Source: Marsupella aquatica (taxonomy: Eukaryota > Plantae > Marchantiophyta). Taken from it: a stretch of 64,000 nt of DNA. The DNA lies in the NCBI GenBank assembly GCA_973895155.1, contig OZ316898.1, positions 7,241,079 to 7,305,078 on the forward strand. The letters run 5' to 3'. Position numbers and translations under genes: made by a program. This document shows, one piece after another, positions 12,401 through 24,800 of the stretch (its first letter is position 1; each line of letters begins with the position of its first letter). Under the pieces are notes generated by a model. It searched no databases. It was not told the origin of the DNA and worked only from the letters and a program-made list of their open reading frames with translations.

Positions 12401-15400
12401 GCTATTCTGGACGAGACTGGCATCATTACCAGTTTGGGAAGGGGGGTAAGTTTCATTACTTGTCTAGAACTTATTTTCCAGGTTATTTCACAATTCCCAG
12501 GAGGACTTACTCTCGCTTGCCTAGGGTTGTCACTCTTGTTCCTAAACCTTCAATTGATGCCAACTTCTAGCCCAAGTCTTATATTTTCTCTTTTGAAATG
12601 CAGAGAACTACATGCAGGTTGGCTGCTGTTAATCTTGTTGTCACTGGACGAGCCTTTTCCGCTCTGTCAACCCAACATGATAAGTTGGTAGAGAAATTCA
12701 TGGAGGAAACAGGGTCCACCATTGTAAAGATTTCTGACTGTGTCACCCCTTTCCAAATGATCCTCTCTCAAGCAAATATCTTCTCCAGGATGTCACCACA
12801 AAACAAGTTGGACCTCATGAGGAGTCTTCAAGATCTTGGCTATGTTGTTTGCATGTGCGCCACAGTACTTTGGGTTTACCTCAATGTTTGGCATGTCATG
12901 CTTCTTATTTTTATCATCTTGAAGGTTGTCGGTTAAGGACTATGGAGAGTTTCTGAAGCAGTAATTTGTCTCTGATCATGATAGTTTTCTGTTTAATCTC
13001 CTCTGTCATCAGGGGAGGAATATATATATTCTAACTGCACTCTATGTACATCCAAGTTTCAGCAGATCATGTCCACATGGTCCTCAGACCTAGTAAGACT
13101 TAGACACTTCTTGAGACCCTTCTTTCCAGGACATCATCTTAGTTTAGTATCAGTTCTAAAAAGGGGTTAAACAAATCCCAAAAGTGGATGAGTTTATAAA
13201 TAACAGAGGATATTAAGAATGTAAAATTGAAGTACATAAACAAAGTTAGTTAAAATTAGTCTGCTACTTTGTTTCAGATATTTCACCTGACTAATTTTTT
13301 TTTATAATTCTAAATATCTTCTCCAATATTAGTAAAAATGAATGAATGCAGGGACAGACTCAAGCTACCTGCAGTTAGCTAGCTTGAGCATGGGAAGGCT
13401 CCAGCTACCTGTAGTTTTCAAAATTGTATAAAATGCATAGGAGTTAGAAATTAAACTAAAGCATAAAACTTGTATCTTTCATCCACCCTCAATAGAACCT
13501 GTAAATGCTTATAGCAAATGCAAATGACCAACAGGACAGGAGATGGAGCAAACGACTCAAGAGCATTAAAAGCAGCTGATGTTGGTATCAGGTACATATT
13601 TATTAAGACCAACACATGCTCACAAAATTACAAACACTCAGCAGATTAGTTTGCAATTCATAGGCTGCCGTGTGCATGGACACTTCTGTTACTCAATACA
13701 TGGCTCTTTTCATTTCCATCATCTACTCTTAGATTGGAAGATTTTGCAAGCTTTTTACTTAGTAAAGCATAAGAACACAACATTTCGGAAGAAAATTTGG
13801 AATAAAGAAGCGTCCCAAAATTAATGACGGTCATTGTGGTATGCCAAAATCTCCATGAAAGAGTGGCTGACAAGTGAATCTTCCATTGTAAGACAGCATT
13901 GCTAGCAAGCCTTTGGAGAGCAATGACACCATGGCCGCAGGACCTAGTATTGCAGCTCCTTTCAACACGAAGCTTGCCGATATTGGGGTTGTGCCCATGG
14001 TAAGCTAGAATGAATATCTTAATACAAAATAAGCATTTGCCTGGGTTACTCATAATGCTTGCTTAGGAGGAGATTACATATTGAGCTTGCTCGTTCTAAG
14101 ACAGCTATTTTAACTTATTCATAATCAAATGTATTCTCTCTGATTCAGAGTCAATTCAACTAGGTTATGAAACACAAACTATATTTCCTATTCAAAAGTA
14201 TTGAAAGAATGATTATCAGGAAGTTATTAATGGCAAAAGTGCAAAACAAAAAACAAAAAAAGGCAAAAGTGCATACATCTAAAAGTAGACAAGGTACAGT
14301 ACTTTTGGATGAAACAAGTGCTGCATTAACTAGGTACGAGTCAATGTACCTTTATAGGTATAGTACTTTGCATGTGATTCAAAGAGATGTAGGCTAATTT
14401 TGTTCCCTTCTAATTTTTGGCTCTATTATTTTGGAAAAGCTCTCTATGCAGGCCACACATGCTGATCCATAAACATTACGCATTGTAAATTTTATAACCA
14501 ATGGACATATAAGTTTCACTGCATCAATGAATAGAGTCTTACAGTAGTTTCAGCCTGGTTGAGGCTGAAGAGAGCAGTTGTCTCATGCAAATGAAAAACA
14601 GTGACTTGAAAAAAGTAAAGGGGCTGGAAGGAATTACTAAATTCAAAAGGACAAGGAAAAATCAAAGGGGCTGGAAGGAATTACTAAATTCTAAATAACA
14701 CACTGCAAAACTATCATAGGCTAGCTAGACCAGATTAACATAAAAATACATTCTTAGCAATTCAAAAACCACAAGATAGCCAAAGTGTGTTCCACCATAT
14801 ATATAGCATTATAGCATGCTCATCCCTGAGCATGTTTGAGTTTTTGTCTTGTAATGATTTGAAAGTAAATGAAATATGAGAACATAACTAGAAGGATGGG
14901 TGCACAGTGACCAATGAAAAGTACAATCAAGGATGCTACATGTGTGCACTTAATTCAATGTCCTCATGAATGACACTCATTTCAATAAAAACCATAAACT
15001 TAGGAAAAAAAACATGAGGGGAACTTAAGACACAATCAAAATTATTTATCTCATTCATGAGAATATTCAAGTGGTGGAGCCGTTCATTTCATCTCTAATA
15101 AATCACAAACATTTAAATTTATAAGGGGGCTGCCAAAATAAGTTCAAAATACTTTAGAATCCTAAAAATTAAAGGGGTCCATAAATTAATTAAAAATGTA
15201 TATAATACACAGGCTGCCCCTTGATAAGGCACATTGAAATAAAAATATATACACCAAAACTCTGAATAAGACAAAATCTGAAAGGTGCATTCACCATTAT
15301 AGCAGTTTCAAAAACCACAAGATAACCAAAGTGTGTCCACCATATAGCTGCCTCACAAAAATTCTGTAACCTTATCAATTCTTTCTTTTGAAAATTTTCC

Positions 15401-18355
15401 AAAATGACATGGGACCCTTTTCTCACACCTCTTACTAATTATCGTGCAGGTCCTGGCAGAGGGAAGATGTGCACTTGTAAATGCAACGGTGATGTTTAAG
15501 TACATGTATTTTTATGCTCTGATTCAAGCAACGGCTGTTATGGTTTTGTACAAGTAAACATTCTCAGATTAACCTAACTTTTGTTACTTTGGCTTGCTGC
15601 TATATCAGAGAAATTTCTCCAGGCTAGGGTTCTCATTATGAGATATATTATATTATTGCATCATTGGTCCAGAGCAATCACATTATTCTAAGTCGCTCAA
15701 TTTTCAATTATGATGTGATATGAATTGTGTACTGTGGGTGATAGTCATTATCTTTCCCTGCTGGTAATCACACATCAAAATGTGGCTGCATTCATTGATT
15801 GAAAGGAAAAACCTACGATTATCACGGTATGCAAGGGTGTCGTACATCGTATATGTCATATTTTGATGTGCAGTTACCGAGACCCCATTATCTTTATCTG
15901 ATCTAAGTCATTTAAACAGATCTGGCAGGGATCTTGACGTCCTCATTTATTTTCTTCCACCCATCATGCACAGATAATTATAGTGTTATAATTTTTTGTG
16001 GAAGTATATCAGGGCTTTTAAATACAATTTGAAAATATTCTTAGAATTTTTCCAAAAGATAGGGGTAAAAACATGTTTGAATTGTATTTTATTTTTAATG
16101 CCTCCTTAGAGTGAGGAGCTCTTCCCTGCCTTCAGAAGAAGAAACCTTGGAGTTCCTGAAGGCTAGGTTCTCACAAATCTCTCATAGTACTCCTAAGTGA
16201 CTGAGCCAGGGCTTGTTTGAAATTTTTTCCATTATTCAAACTTTACCCTCAATTCTGTCGAAACTAGGCATCAGCAAACCCCATTTCTTAGTTTTAAGCT
16301 TTGCAGTTGCCCCAAAGATGAACTCAAGTTGGAGAGCCCGTAGATAAAGTCCAAGAAGGGTTGTCGCCATGCAAATCGCCTGTACTCCTCTATGCTAAAT
16401 GCCTACAGCTACAGTCGAGAGTCAATGCTTGCGTTGACGGTGTCCAAGACGTATGTCTGGGAGCAGGGAAAATTTGCCTGGAATTAGTTGAATGACAGTC
16501 AAAAGTATTGCATATCTCACGACTGCCTCGAGTCCCATTAAGTTCTTATCGATCCCAAGAATGCATACCAACAGTCAACTCCAATTAGCTTGAGAATATT
16601 TTTTAATGCGACTATGTCAAATGTGACAAGGATGGCTAAGTAGGATCTAATACAAATACAAATATATGTGCATATGCATAGGTAGAGTTCCCCATACCCT
16701 TTTCACAAGAATTACATAAATATCTAAATTAGATGCTATCAGAAAATATATGACCTTTGGCTTCACTCTATGGAGTAGGTCATGAAGGGTTGACTTCAAC
16801 CAGTCCTAGGTGCTCATGATATGAATTGCATGCAATTAGCCTGCCCCATGTTATGCCTTTGCCCCTAGAGTCACAATCTAGAGGTTTCACTCTATGTATA
16901 GCCCTAATTTAATAATAGACAGCACCGCTTAGTACTGTAGGTTGACTGTGCTTCTAATCAAGCCATGAAGCTCCTCATTTAACTTAGGGAGCTGCTTTGT
17001 AAAGCAGGTACCAACTGGAGCTATATGTGTATCAGTATTTGTGGGCAGACCTAGGTCTGGTTTTTCCCATGGTTTTATTCATGCCTGCCACTAAGCCCAG
17101 GAAGGAGCTGTCCAGAGGCAGGCCTGAGAGTAATTTGCTCGCATTTCCAATTCTGCTGAGTGTTTATGGCCAAAGCATCTTCATAATACTGTTCCAAGCT
17201 GTGGCACAAGTTTTTCTCCAACAACAGGTTAATATTAAAAGGCTTCTTTTATTTTCCTCCCGATTCTCCTTTTTTCTTGGGGGGTGAGGAGAGGCACAAA
17301 TTGAGGTAAGGATCAATGGTACCTTGGGAGTTCTAGACAAATTGGAAAAATCCTCATTATGATTTGATTTATTTTGGAGAGTTTTTTTCCAGAAACTTAG
17401 GCATGCTGGCCTGTGTAAGATTGTTGACTTATGAACGTCATTAAATGACCCTTTTCATCTCCTTTTGGTGCCTAGATATGGTACGAGAATCCCAATGACA
17501 AATTTCATGGAAGGGACCAAGGAAATGATAATTCTGGATTCAACACATATTACAACCAAAACAGTACCGTTTCATTTATTTTCTCTTCATTTCAGGTGAG
17601 ACGGACTATTTTGATTGGGTTTTGTTAGTTCTTTTATCTATTCTGAAAACTGGGTTGTAAGAACACTAGTAATCATAGAAATGTTTGTACAATTAGAAGG
17701 CTATGTTTTGCAAGCTATAGAATCATCATCTAAAGAATTTTTTTCCAAGGAAAAATACTCTAATCTGTATTCCTGACGTCCTTCTTTGTGAATATGAGTC
17801 ATATCCAAGTGCAAACTAGCTTAAAATTTTGACAGTTCTTTACCCGGTTCATTACTAATGTTAACAGCTTTTGGTGGAATGTAGTATGTGGGTATGGCGC
17901 TGGCACTCAGCCAAAGTTTTGGAATGTTTAGGTGCTCACCATTCTCCAATCTGCCACTGATTGCTGCAATAGTCAGCCTTTACGTTCTATGCTCACTGTT
18001 TATGCTAAAACCAATTCCATTTTCCATGAAGGCTTTTAGAATGGTTGACCTCTCACAACACATGAATTTCTTGTATGGTCTTTGGGTCATGGCAATTGGG
18101 AATTCTCTCCTCTTCCTTGTTTTTGAGAGATATGCCGTAAAGCATCAGTCAACAGAGATGGACGTGACAACTGTTTATGATGAAGAGATGGAGGCCAACA
18201 ACCCTTCCCCACCAAATTCATCGTTTCATAGAGCTATGGTTGTGTTGAAGGGGGAAGGGGAAAATTGCAATGTTGTTATGCCAGTAATACCTGATTATGT
18301 AAAAGTTGCAGAAGCTGCTGCCCCAGTTTGGGCTAGACTAATATCCACTAGGTAG
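6483..18355 (+). CDS. P5B-type P-type ATPase (ATP13A2-5/Ypk9-like, probable polyamine transporter), ~1469 aa; exons 6483-7058, 7235-7406, 7615-7693, 7798-8230, 8337-8528, 8647-8841, 9558-9887, 10065-10398, 10764-11037, 11223-11352, 11738-11913, 12253-12445, 12604-12854, 13535-13591, 13897-13999, 15450-15553, 17008-17227, 17476-17595, 17885-18355
   Basis: YGPNELIV, PFFLFQ, A-domain NESMLTGES, M4 PPALP (P5B signature), CFDKTGTLT phosphorylation site, GDPLE, KGAPE, VMVTGDNPLTA, FSRMSPQNK, MTGDGAND, EGRCALV. The spliced model keeps frame (4410 nt). The start may lie slightly upstream (ATG 6159 spliced to 6459). Confidence 0.92.
8925..9259. mobile_element. Intronic MITE with imperfect TIRs, containing a tRNA-derived SINE-like fragment (~9062-9133)
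   Basis: AGCCAATCTCGAGGGTAATTAA pairs with the reverse complement of TTAATGAGCCTTGAGATTGCCT. Inner inverted pair GTACG(TG)CTGCCCGC / GCGGGCAGGCGTAC. Pol III A box TAGCTCAA and B box GGTTCAAATCC followed by a T-run. Confidence 0.55.
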
Positions 18356-18623
18356 CACAAAGTAGAAAGACACACTCACTTCTTGTCAATTACAGTTTTC
18401 CAGATTTTCAAATAGCTACCTAGGCAATTCTCATGCACAAATTATTGGCTAAATGTAGGAGAGCTTGTATAATAATTAGTGAAGGAAATTAATGTTATTA
18501 AACATTTTCACTATGCATCAATAGTACATACCTGACTTTATAATTTGAAGGTTGGAATTATAGTAAATGTGAGAGTAAATGGTTGTGGAATTGTTTGTGA
18601 AAGGTTAGGTTGCTCACTCTACT

Positions 18624-18806
18624 CAGAGGTATTTGCTTGATCAACCCCCAAAAGGAAACTTGTTACTTGATCGACCCCCTGAGGTCTATCAATGGTCCAG
18701 ATCTGAGATTGAAAGGTCCATCAACGGTCCAGGTTGGGGAAAAGTATTGAGGGGGTTGATTAAACAAACTTTTTCCAGAAGGGGGTCTACTAAGCATATC
18801 TCTCGG
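18624..18806. mobile_element. MITE (~183 bp) with ~57-bp imperfect TIRs and 8-bp TSD ACTCTACT
   Basis: ACTCTACT occurs at 18616-18623 and 18807-18814. The ends CAGAGGTATTTGCTTGATCAACCCCC... and ...GGGGGTCTACTAAGCATATCTCTCGG are inverted. Confidence 0.75.
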
Positions 18807-21800
18807 ACTCTACTTAAGTGCCCGGGGTACTCCTTTTTTTATTTAATTATCACGCCCACATAAGTACATGTTTTTTTTAATTACTGGCCCGATTACTGGG
18901 TTTGGTCGTGAGGGTTTAATGGAAGACTTATAAACCATTCTGGAAGAACATTAGGAATATTTAATATTTTAATCCAATTATTCTTGAACATTGAATAAAG
19001 TAGCTTAGATTTGGGCTTAGTTTGTGTTTTAAAAACCAAAATTTTGACTAATTCCCAATGAATTTAAAAAACTAAGAAAGAAGGGAAAAGTAATTAAATT
19101 TGTTTTCTTATGTTTTAGGAAGCTTGGCACTTTGCAAAAATAATCCTGCTGCCTTGTGCCTCAACTAGGCTCCCTGGGACAACCAGCACCTTCCTAGTCT
19201 CACATACTAGTACCCCAAATGAGCTATCCACTATTGTGCAACCAATTCTAAATCAGTTTTATCCCAGGGCTTTCAACCATACATTTTAGTAACTTTACAA
19301 GTACATTGAACACAAAAGTGTCAGATGAGGGCCCTAGTTTGTACCAAAAGTTTCATAAAGGCTTATCACATAAATTTGTTTTGGCAAGGGTCCCATATCA
19401 AGGGTTTCACTTCCATAGAATTGACATATCACGTGCTACAAAGAATATGGTAGTTTATTAGTTTTAAGGAAAAACTTATAAATTTTCGTGGAAGAACTTC
19501 AGAATCTTTTAAATCCAATTTTGAGTCTTGTAAAAACATTATGGTACTTTTAATGAAATTTTTGGAATATTTAGGGTTTTAAAAATTAAAAAAATTCTTA
19601 CATTTTAGGGGGTGCAGGGCTTAAAAGAGTCGCAGGTGATGGAGGGCTTCTATGTAAAGAGACCCCCTTGGGTCCCATCAAACATATACCTCTATAAAAC
19701 AAGTAATCCAGGTTCTGGTCAACTCAGCAGTCCTTGCGTTGTCCTTCAATCCCCATGGTCAACTACAGAAATCATTGAGTTGTCCTTCCCATTGGAGACT
19801 GCTTCTTCAAGATTAAGTTTCATAGATTGCCAAACTATTCCAAGAAATGTTCTTAGACAACTGACTCTTATGGCTCAGATTGACCATCTCATAACTAAAG
19901 GAGCATTTGATCATATTTCTTGTAAACTAGGAAACGAAATATGCGTGGGGCGCCCAAAATGACAATTGGACTTGACAACTGAGGGAAGAAACCAGCAGCT
20001 TTAGGGTAGTCGGCTCACTTGGGCTCGAGCTTGATCAAAAATTAAATTGGCTCTATGTTTATGAACAGCTTTAAAATGTGTCAAAGAAACAGCATCTCAT
20101 GTGGGTTTTTAATACTAAATTTGAGAACAGTTATAGAATAAGTATTCCAAAAAGGTAAAAATAGATTAAAAACTTATATTTCAAATGTTTTAGGGGTGTT
20201 TATTTATCCAAAAAAATTTACTCTTGAATATGGGAACTCCTTTGAAATGGTCTGGAAGTTGTGTCACTCCAGTGAAACCTCAATGAGTTATTAACAATGG
20301 TCCATTCAGTGTCATGTGCGGACCCTTTAGCTTCTTTCAGATGGTTTGGAAGTTGTGTTGCTGCTCCAACTTGGAGCTCAAACCATGCGTTGTCGAGTCC
20401 TTGCAAACCATAGTTATGTAATATAGTAAACAGAATCATGACTAATAATCAGGCGAGTTCCTATGGGATCGCGAAAAGGAAAGATTAGGGGGCAGATTTG
20501 GTGATGAGATAACAATGGAAAAATGATTTTGAAAACATGATTGCTTCAATACGTTTCTCATGATCTAACAGCCAGAATCCATTATAGTGGGAATTCAAAT
20601 CTAAATAAATAAATGGTACATATCACAAATGTAATGAAAATCAATGCATGACATAACAGTCATTAATGGTTTCGAGCTGACACAACAGACCGGAATCAAG
20701 GAGGTTGTGGTGTATGATTGTATGAATGTACAAGTAAAAATGCTGGAAAACTCATAAACATGATGTATACAGTACAACACTTTTAACTTGAAAGTCCAGG
20801 GCCCATTTTCCCAAATTTAGTCCATACAATATAGAATTTATTGGCTGAAGTGACGGGGCCCCAAAAATCTTAGTAATAAGGGTTATGTAAAGCTACGTTC
20901 CAGTGCTAGTGACTAGAGTGAAGTCTCGATGATCTCTCAATAAGGACAAACTGAAAATTAGAGTGAACAAATTAGCAAAGATGGGACAAAGATGAACAAG
21001 AAACAACATAGAATTCTTTAATTAATTTGTTTGCAGTATTGTTTTTGGTCTTCATCTCTTTTTAGGTTCAAGGAATTATGGGTAATCAGGCTAGTTATGA
21101 ATTAAATGACCTGGCCCAATAACTCATAGTTCGAAAGGGTATTACTGTTTGGCATTTTGTGACCAATTCGGCCTGTTATGACCTGTAGGATTCACCACAG
21201 CCCTGATATACAAGAAATTAAATTGGGTAAAAACCTCAACTAAAGCTTTTTGCTCTGTATAAATGGGTCTAGGGTCTGTCCGCTTGGCTTAGCTGCTCAC
21301 AGGTTCTCTTCTTCGTTTTGAAATAAAAATAATTGTTGAGCAGGCTTCTGGGTTGCAAAAAGCTGCTAGGTCTAATTCAGTTACATGGTCAACCATTCTG
21401 ATCATTTCTGGCATGAACTGGGCCACTAAAGCTGACTCCGCAAATCCTGAATGTATGCTGGGATGGACTGCTCACATGAACCTTGCAGCCCAGATGGACC
21501 AGAAATGTATGAATATTCTTACAGAAAAAAAAATGTGCTGATCACAGAAAGGTTTTTAGCTGTCGTTGGGCTGGTCCAATCTGACATTTTGTCACAGGTT
21601 TAGGTCCATGGGAGCTTTAGTTGCCAGAATCCTCATCTTTAACAACATATTAATTAGTAAAGGAATCTTTGTACTGTACTCGTTAATATCACCATCCCTC
21701 TCCGGTGGTCCTCAGACTCCCCTGGACTCCTGGAGAAATCTCACGTATCTCACCACCTGTCAGAGTGTCTCGTTTATCTGGAACCAGAAAATTCGATGGA

Positions 21801-21899
21801 AGCAATTATAGTTCAGAACTCACACAGGAGATTTTAAAGCTTATATTTTCTCCGAAAATGATGATTCAACACGAGAAACAACGCCCATTCTCTTTTGTA

Positions 21900-24800
21900 A
21901 TTAATGATACCAGCCCAGATTGGAGAGTTGGACTTTGAAGACTTGGTGTTCGCTTAAACTACTTTATGGTCACTCAGGTCAATCGTATTCGATCACTCAT
22001 CACTCAGAGTGCAAACACTTGAACTATGGCAAAAAGTCATAAACTATTGTGACTCTATGGTAAGGTGTTGCACAGCAAAGTTGTCTGCAGATATGATCGT
22101 TGGGCTTACCAGGCCAGGCTATTCCTCGTTCCGTGATACCCGGCGTCTTGGTCGGTGCCCATAAGTTGCAAATTTCTCGACTTTTCTTTAATCTGCAACA
22201 GTTATTTAATCTGCTACAGTTATTTAATCTGATATTAATTCAACGATCAGAAAGAATCACAATCACTTGCAGATTTCAAAGTGCTTCGACATTTGGGTCT
22301 CAGGTCTACCTGCAGTCATAGCCACACTGTAGCCAAATAATTCTTTAACCTTAGACGGGCAATATTAAAGTCTGAAACTCATTATGAGTGGCAGAGTCTA
22401 TCCTGCTCGCTGTCCGCTCAAACATTGACGAGCTAAGCGAGTTTCTCATTCCGCGGGTTGAGCACTTATCTCTCTGGAGAACGTTGCGTTTGAAGAATGG
22501 AGAATGACACCGAGGTCGGATCTCCGTGAGGTTTATGGCATTTCTTCCGGATCTCGTACCTAGCCTGATAGATTTGTTGCGCGCCATAGACTTGAAGCTG
22601 CCGGGCTCAGCATTGGCCTTTGAAGGAGAGCTATTGAGATGTTCGTGGTCCATGGTCTGAAAATTGAAAGTTCTAAATGCATCATTCCAACGATTCTCTT
22701 TGGATATGATTTGGTATCGACAGGGATTTCGCATAGTCGAACGTGCGCACTGATCGATCGAGTCCATCGAGTTGATTCTGCATACCGGTCTCCCTTTTTC
22801 CACCATTCATTATCGTTCAGGTAAGTGCTTGGCACCATCCCTCTTTATTACTAGCTAGCCTGATATATAGCTCGAAACCTTAAGATGTCAAAAATATCAG
22901 ATGTCAAGGGAAACTGGCAGAAAGATTTCTCCCTCCCCATGTTGATTCTGCATCCTGGTCTCCCCTTTTCCACCATTCATTATCGTTCCGGTAAGTGCTT
23001 GCCACCATCCCACTTTATTACTAGCCTGATAGCTCGAAATCTTACGAATATCAAAATTTCAGATGTAAAGGGAAACTGGCAGAAATCTTTCTCCCTTCTT
23101 ATGTAATTAAGTATTAATCCTTAGTCCACTGCCCATGTATATACACCCAAGAGTTGCCATTCGGTATATTAATTTCTATCAGAGCATATCCTCGTGAGGA
23201 GGTGATATGTCTTCAACATAGAGAACCTCTGACATTAGGAGAATTCCGAATGGCTAGGCTTTGTATATCCTGGGTACCTTTTGCAAATACAAATGGCTGA
23301 TTACGGTAGTTTCTTGGATTTGCGTATGCTTTGAATCATATCTCTTTCTGTTACTCGTAAAATTTGCTTGAGACAGTTCATGTAAATTTCCACTCAATCT
23401 AGAATTCTAGAGCAGTTTTGATCGTTCATGATATATTTAAGTTCGGAGTGAGTCACGCTAAGGACTTAAACACTTAAGGGGCTTATAGATCTGTTTTAGT
23501 GAGCACATGACAGCCCAGATTCTATCAGTCTTTGTTCCCAATTGGTCCAGATTAAATCTTATATCTGTATATTTATTGGATGGTTCTGTTTTAAGCAACG
23601 AGGCTGATCCAGTTTAGTCCACATTTAGGTGTAGCGTGAGAGAATGGACGAAAATCTACCTTTCTGGACCATGCCCTCGATCTAAGTCATCCCAAATGTT
23701 TTTATTTCTCAGTACTATCGTTATGAACCCAGTTTATGATCGATTAACTATATACCCATTTCTAATTGAATTAGACTTGTCACTCAGGTACCGATCATGC
23801 TTGTGTAATGGAATGCATTGATCTTCATGTATTCCAAAGCGCAAATATTATCTAAATTTATAAATTCTCTGATTGAAACGATTATTTCTGCTCAGCAAGA
23901 TCGATCAAATCAAGACGGTCTTCTCAATAATGTTCAAGACCCCTCATGAATTTCCAAGATTAGAGGTTCGTTGTGTAAGCCGTATCGAACTCACATTTCG
24001 TATTCATAGTTAGTATCCTAGTAGGTGTCTCTGACCATTACGGATTCAACAATAATATATTCTTCCAGCACTCAAATGACTAGCCAGATATCTTCATATT
24101 TGGCTTTAGGCCGGTCTCTGGAGTCGAAAGGTCTTTGCAATTTTTCCCATTGAACAATGCATGGTTCTCTACCAGTCTGACGTATCTGACAACATGCATC
24201 TCTGAAATGTCGTATATTTGCATGACTTTTCTAACAAATCATCTCGTCATGCAAATAAGATGGGGGATGAATGCCCTCTACTTCAGTCTGAAGGTTATAG
24301 ACTGACAGTGGTAGGCCAAAAAATGGTCAGGACTTCCGTTTGATGTCCTAAAAGAGCAGATTCTGTAATAAAATGACGCTGAATCCCGGATGTGAGGGGT
24401 TGTGGTTTCCACATGGATCGAAGTGGAAACCCTAAACTCGTTGCTATGGGTGAGAGTTTTCAGAAACTTCCCTTCAAAAGTCGTGATCTTGAAAGTGTGA
24501 ATGCAAAATTGGTTGTTCTCTCAAGTTTTCATGACGTATCTTTGCCTGACGAGGAGATAGGTTTAAATTTCCAGTCATTGCCTTTAGTTTACAGTGGCCA
24601 TACTTTCCAAAGTGGACATTAATTAGGATTACAGGCACAAGGCGTCGCTGAGTGGCAATTTGAAGACTAGCTAGTTCAACCCTTAAAATTGTTGGCAGTC
24701 TGACAATCTGTAAGTTCCGAAAATTTTAGGCTCTTTTGTCTCAAGGAAGGGATCGAGTTTCTACTTGACTAAACCGCAGTTTTGGTGCTCCCGGTTCCTG

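Noticed and set aside
12143-15347. Small intronic duplications (27 bp at ~12143, 28 bp at ~14617, ~40 bp at ~14761/15307)
   Set aside because: Ordinary local duplications with no sign of function.
19600-21900. Protein-like fragments that might indicate an endogenous virus or pseudogene
   Set aside because: No hallmark motifs recognised and frames are short and broken.
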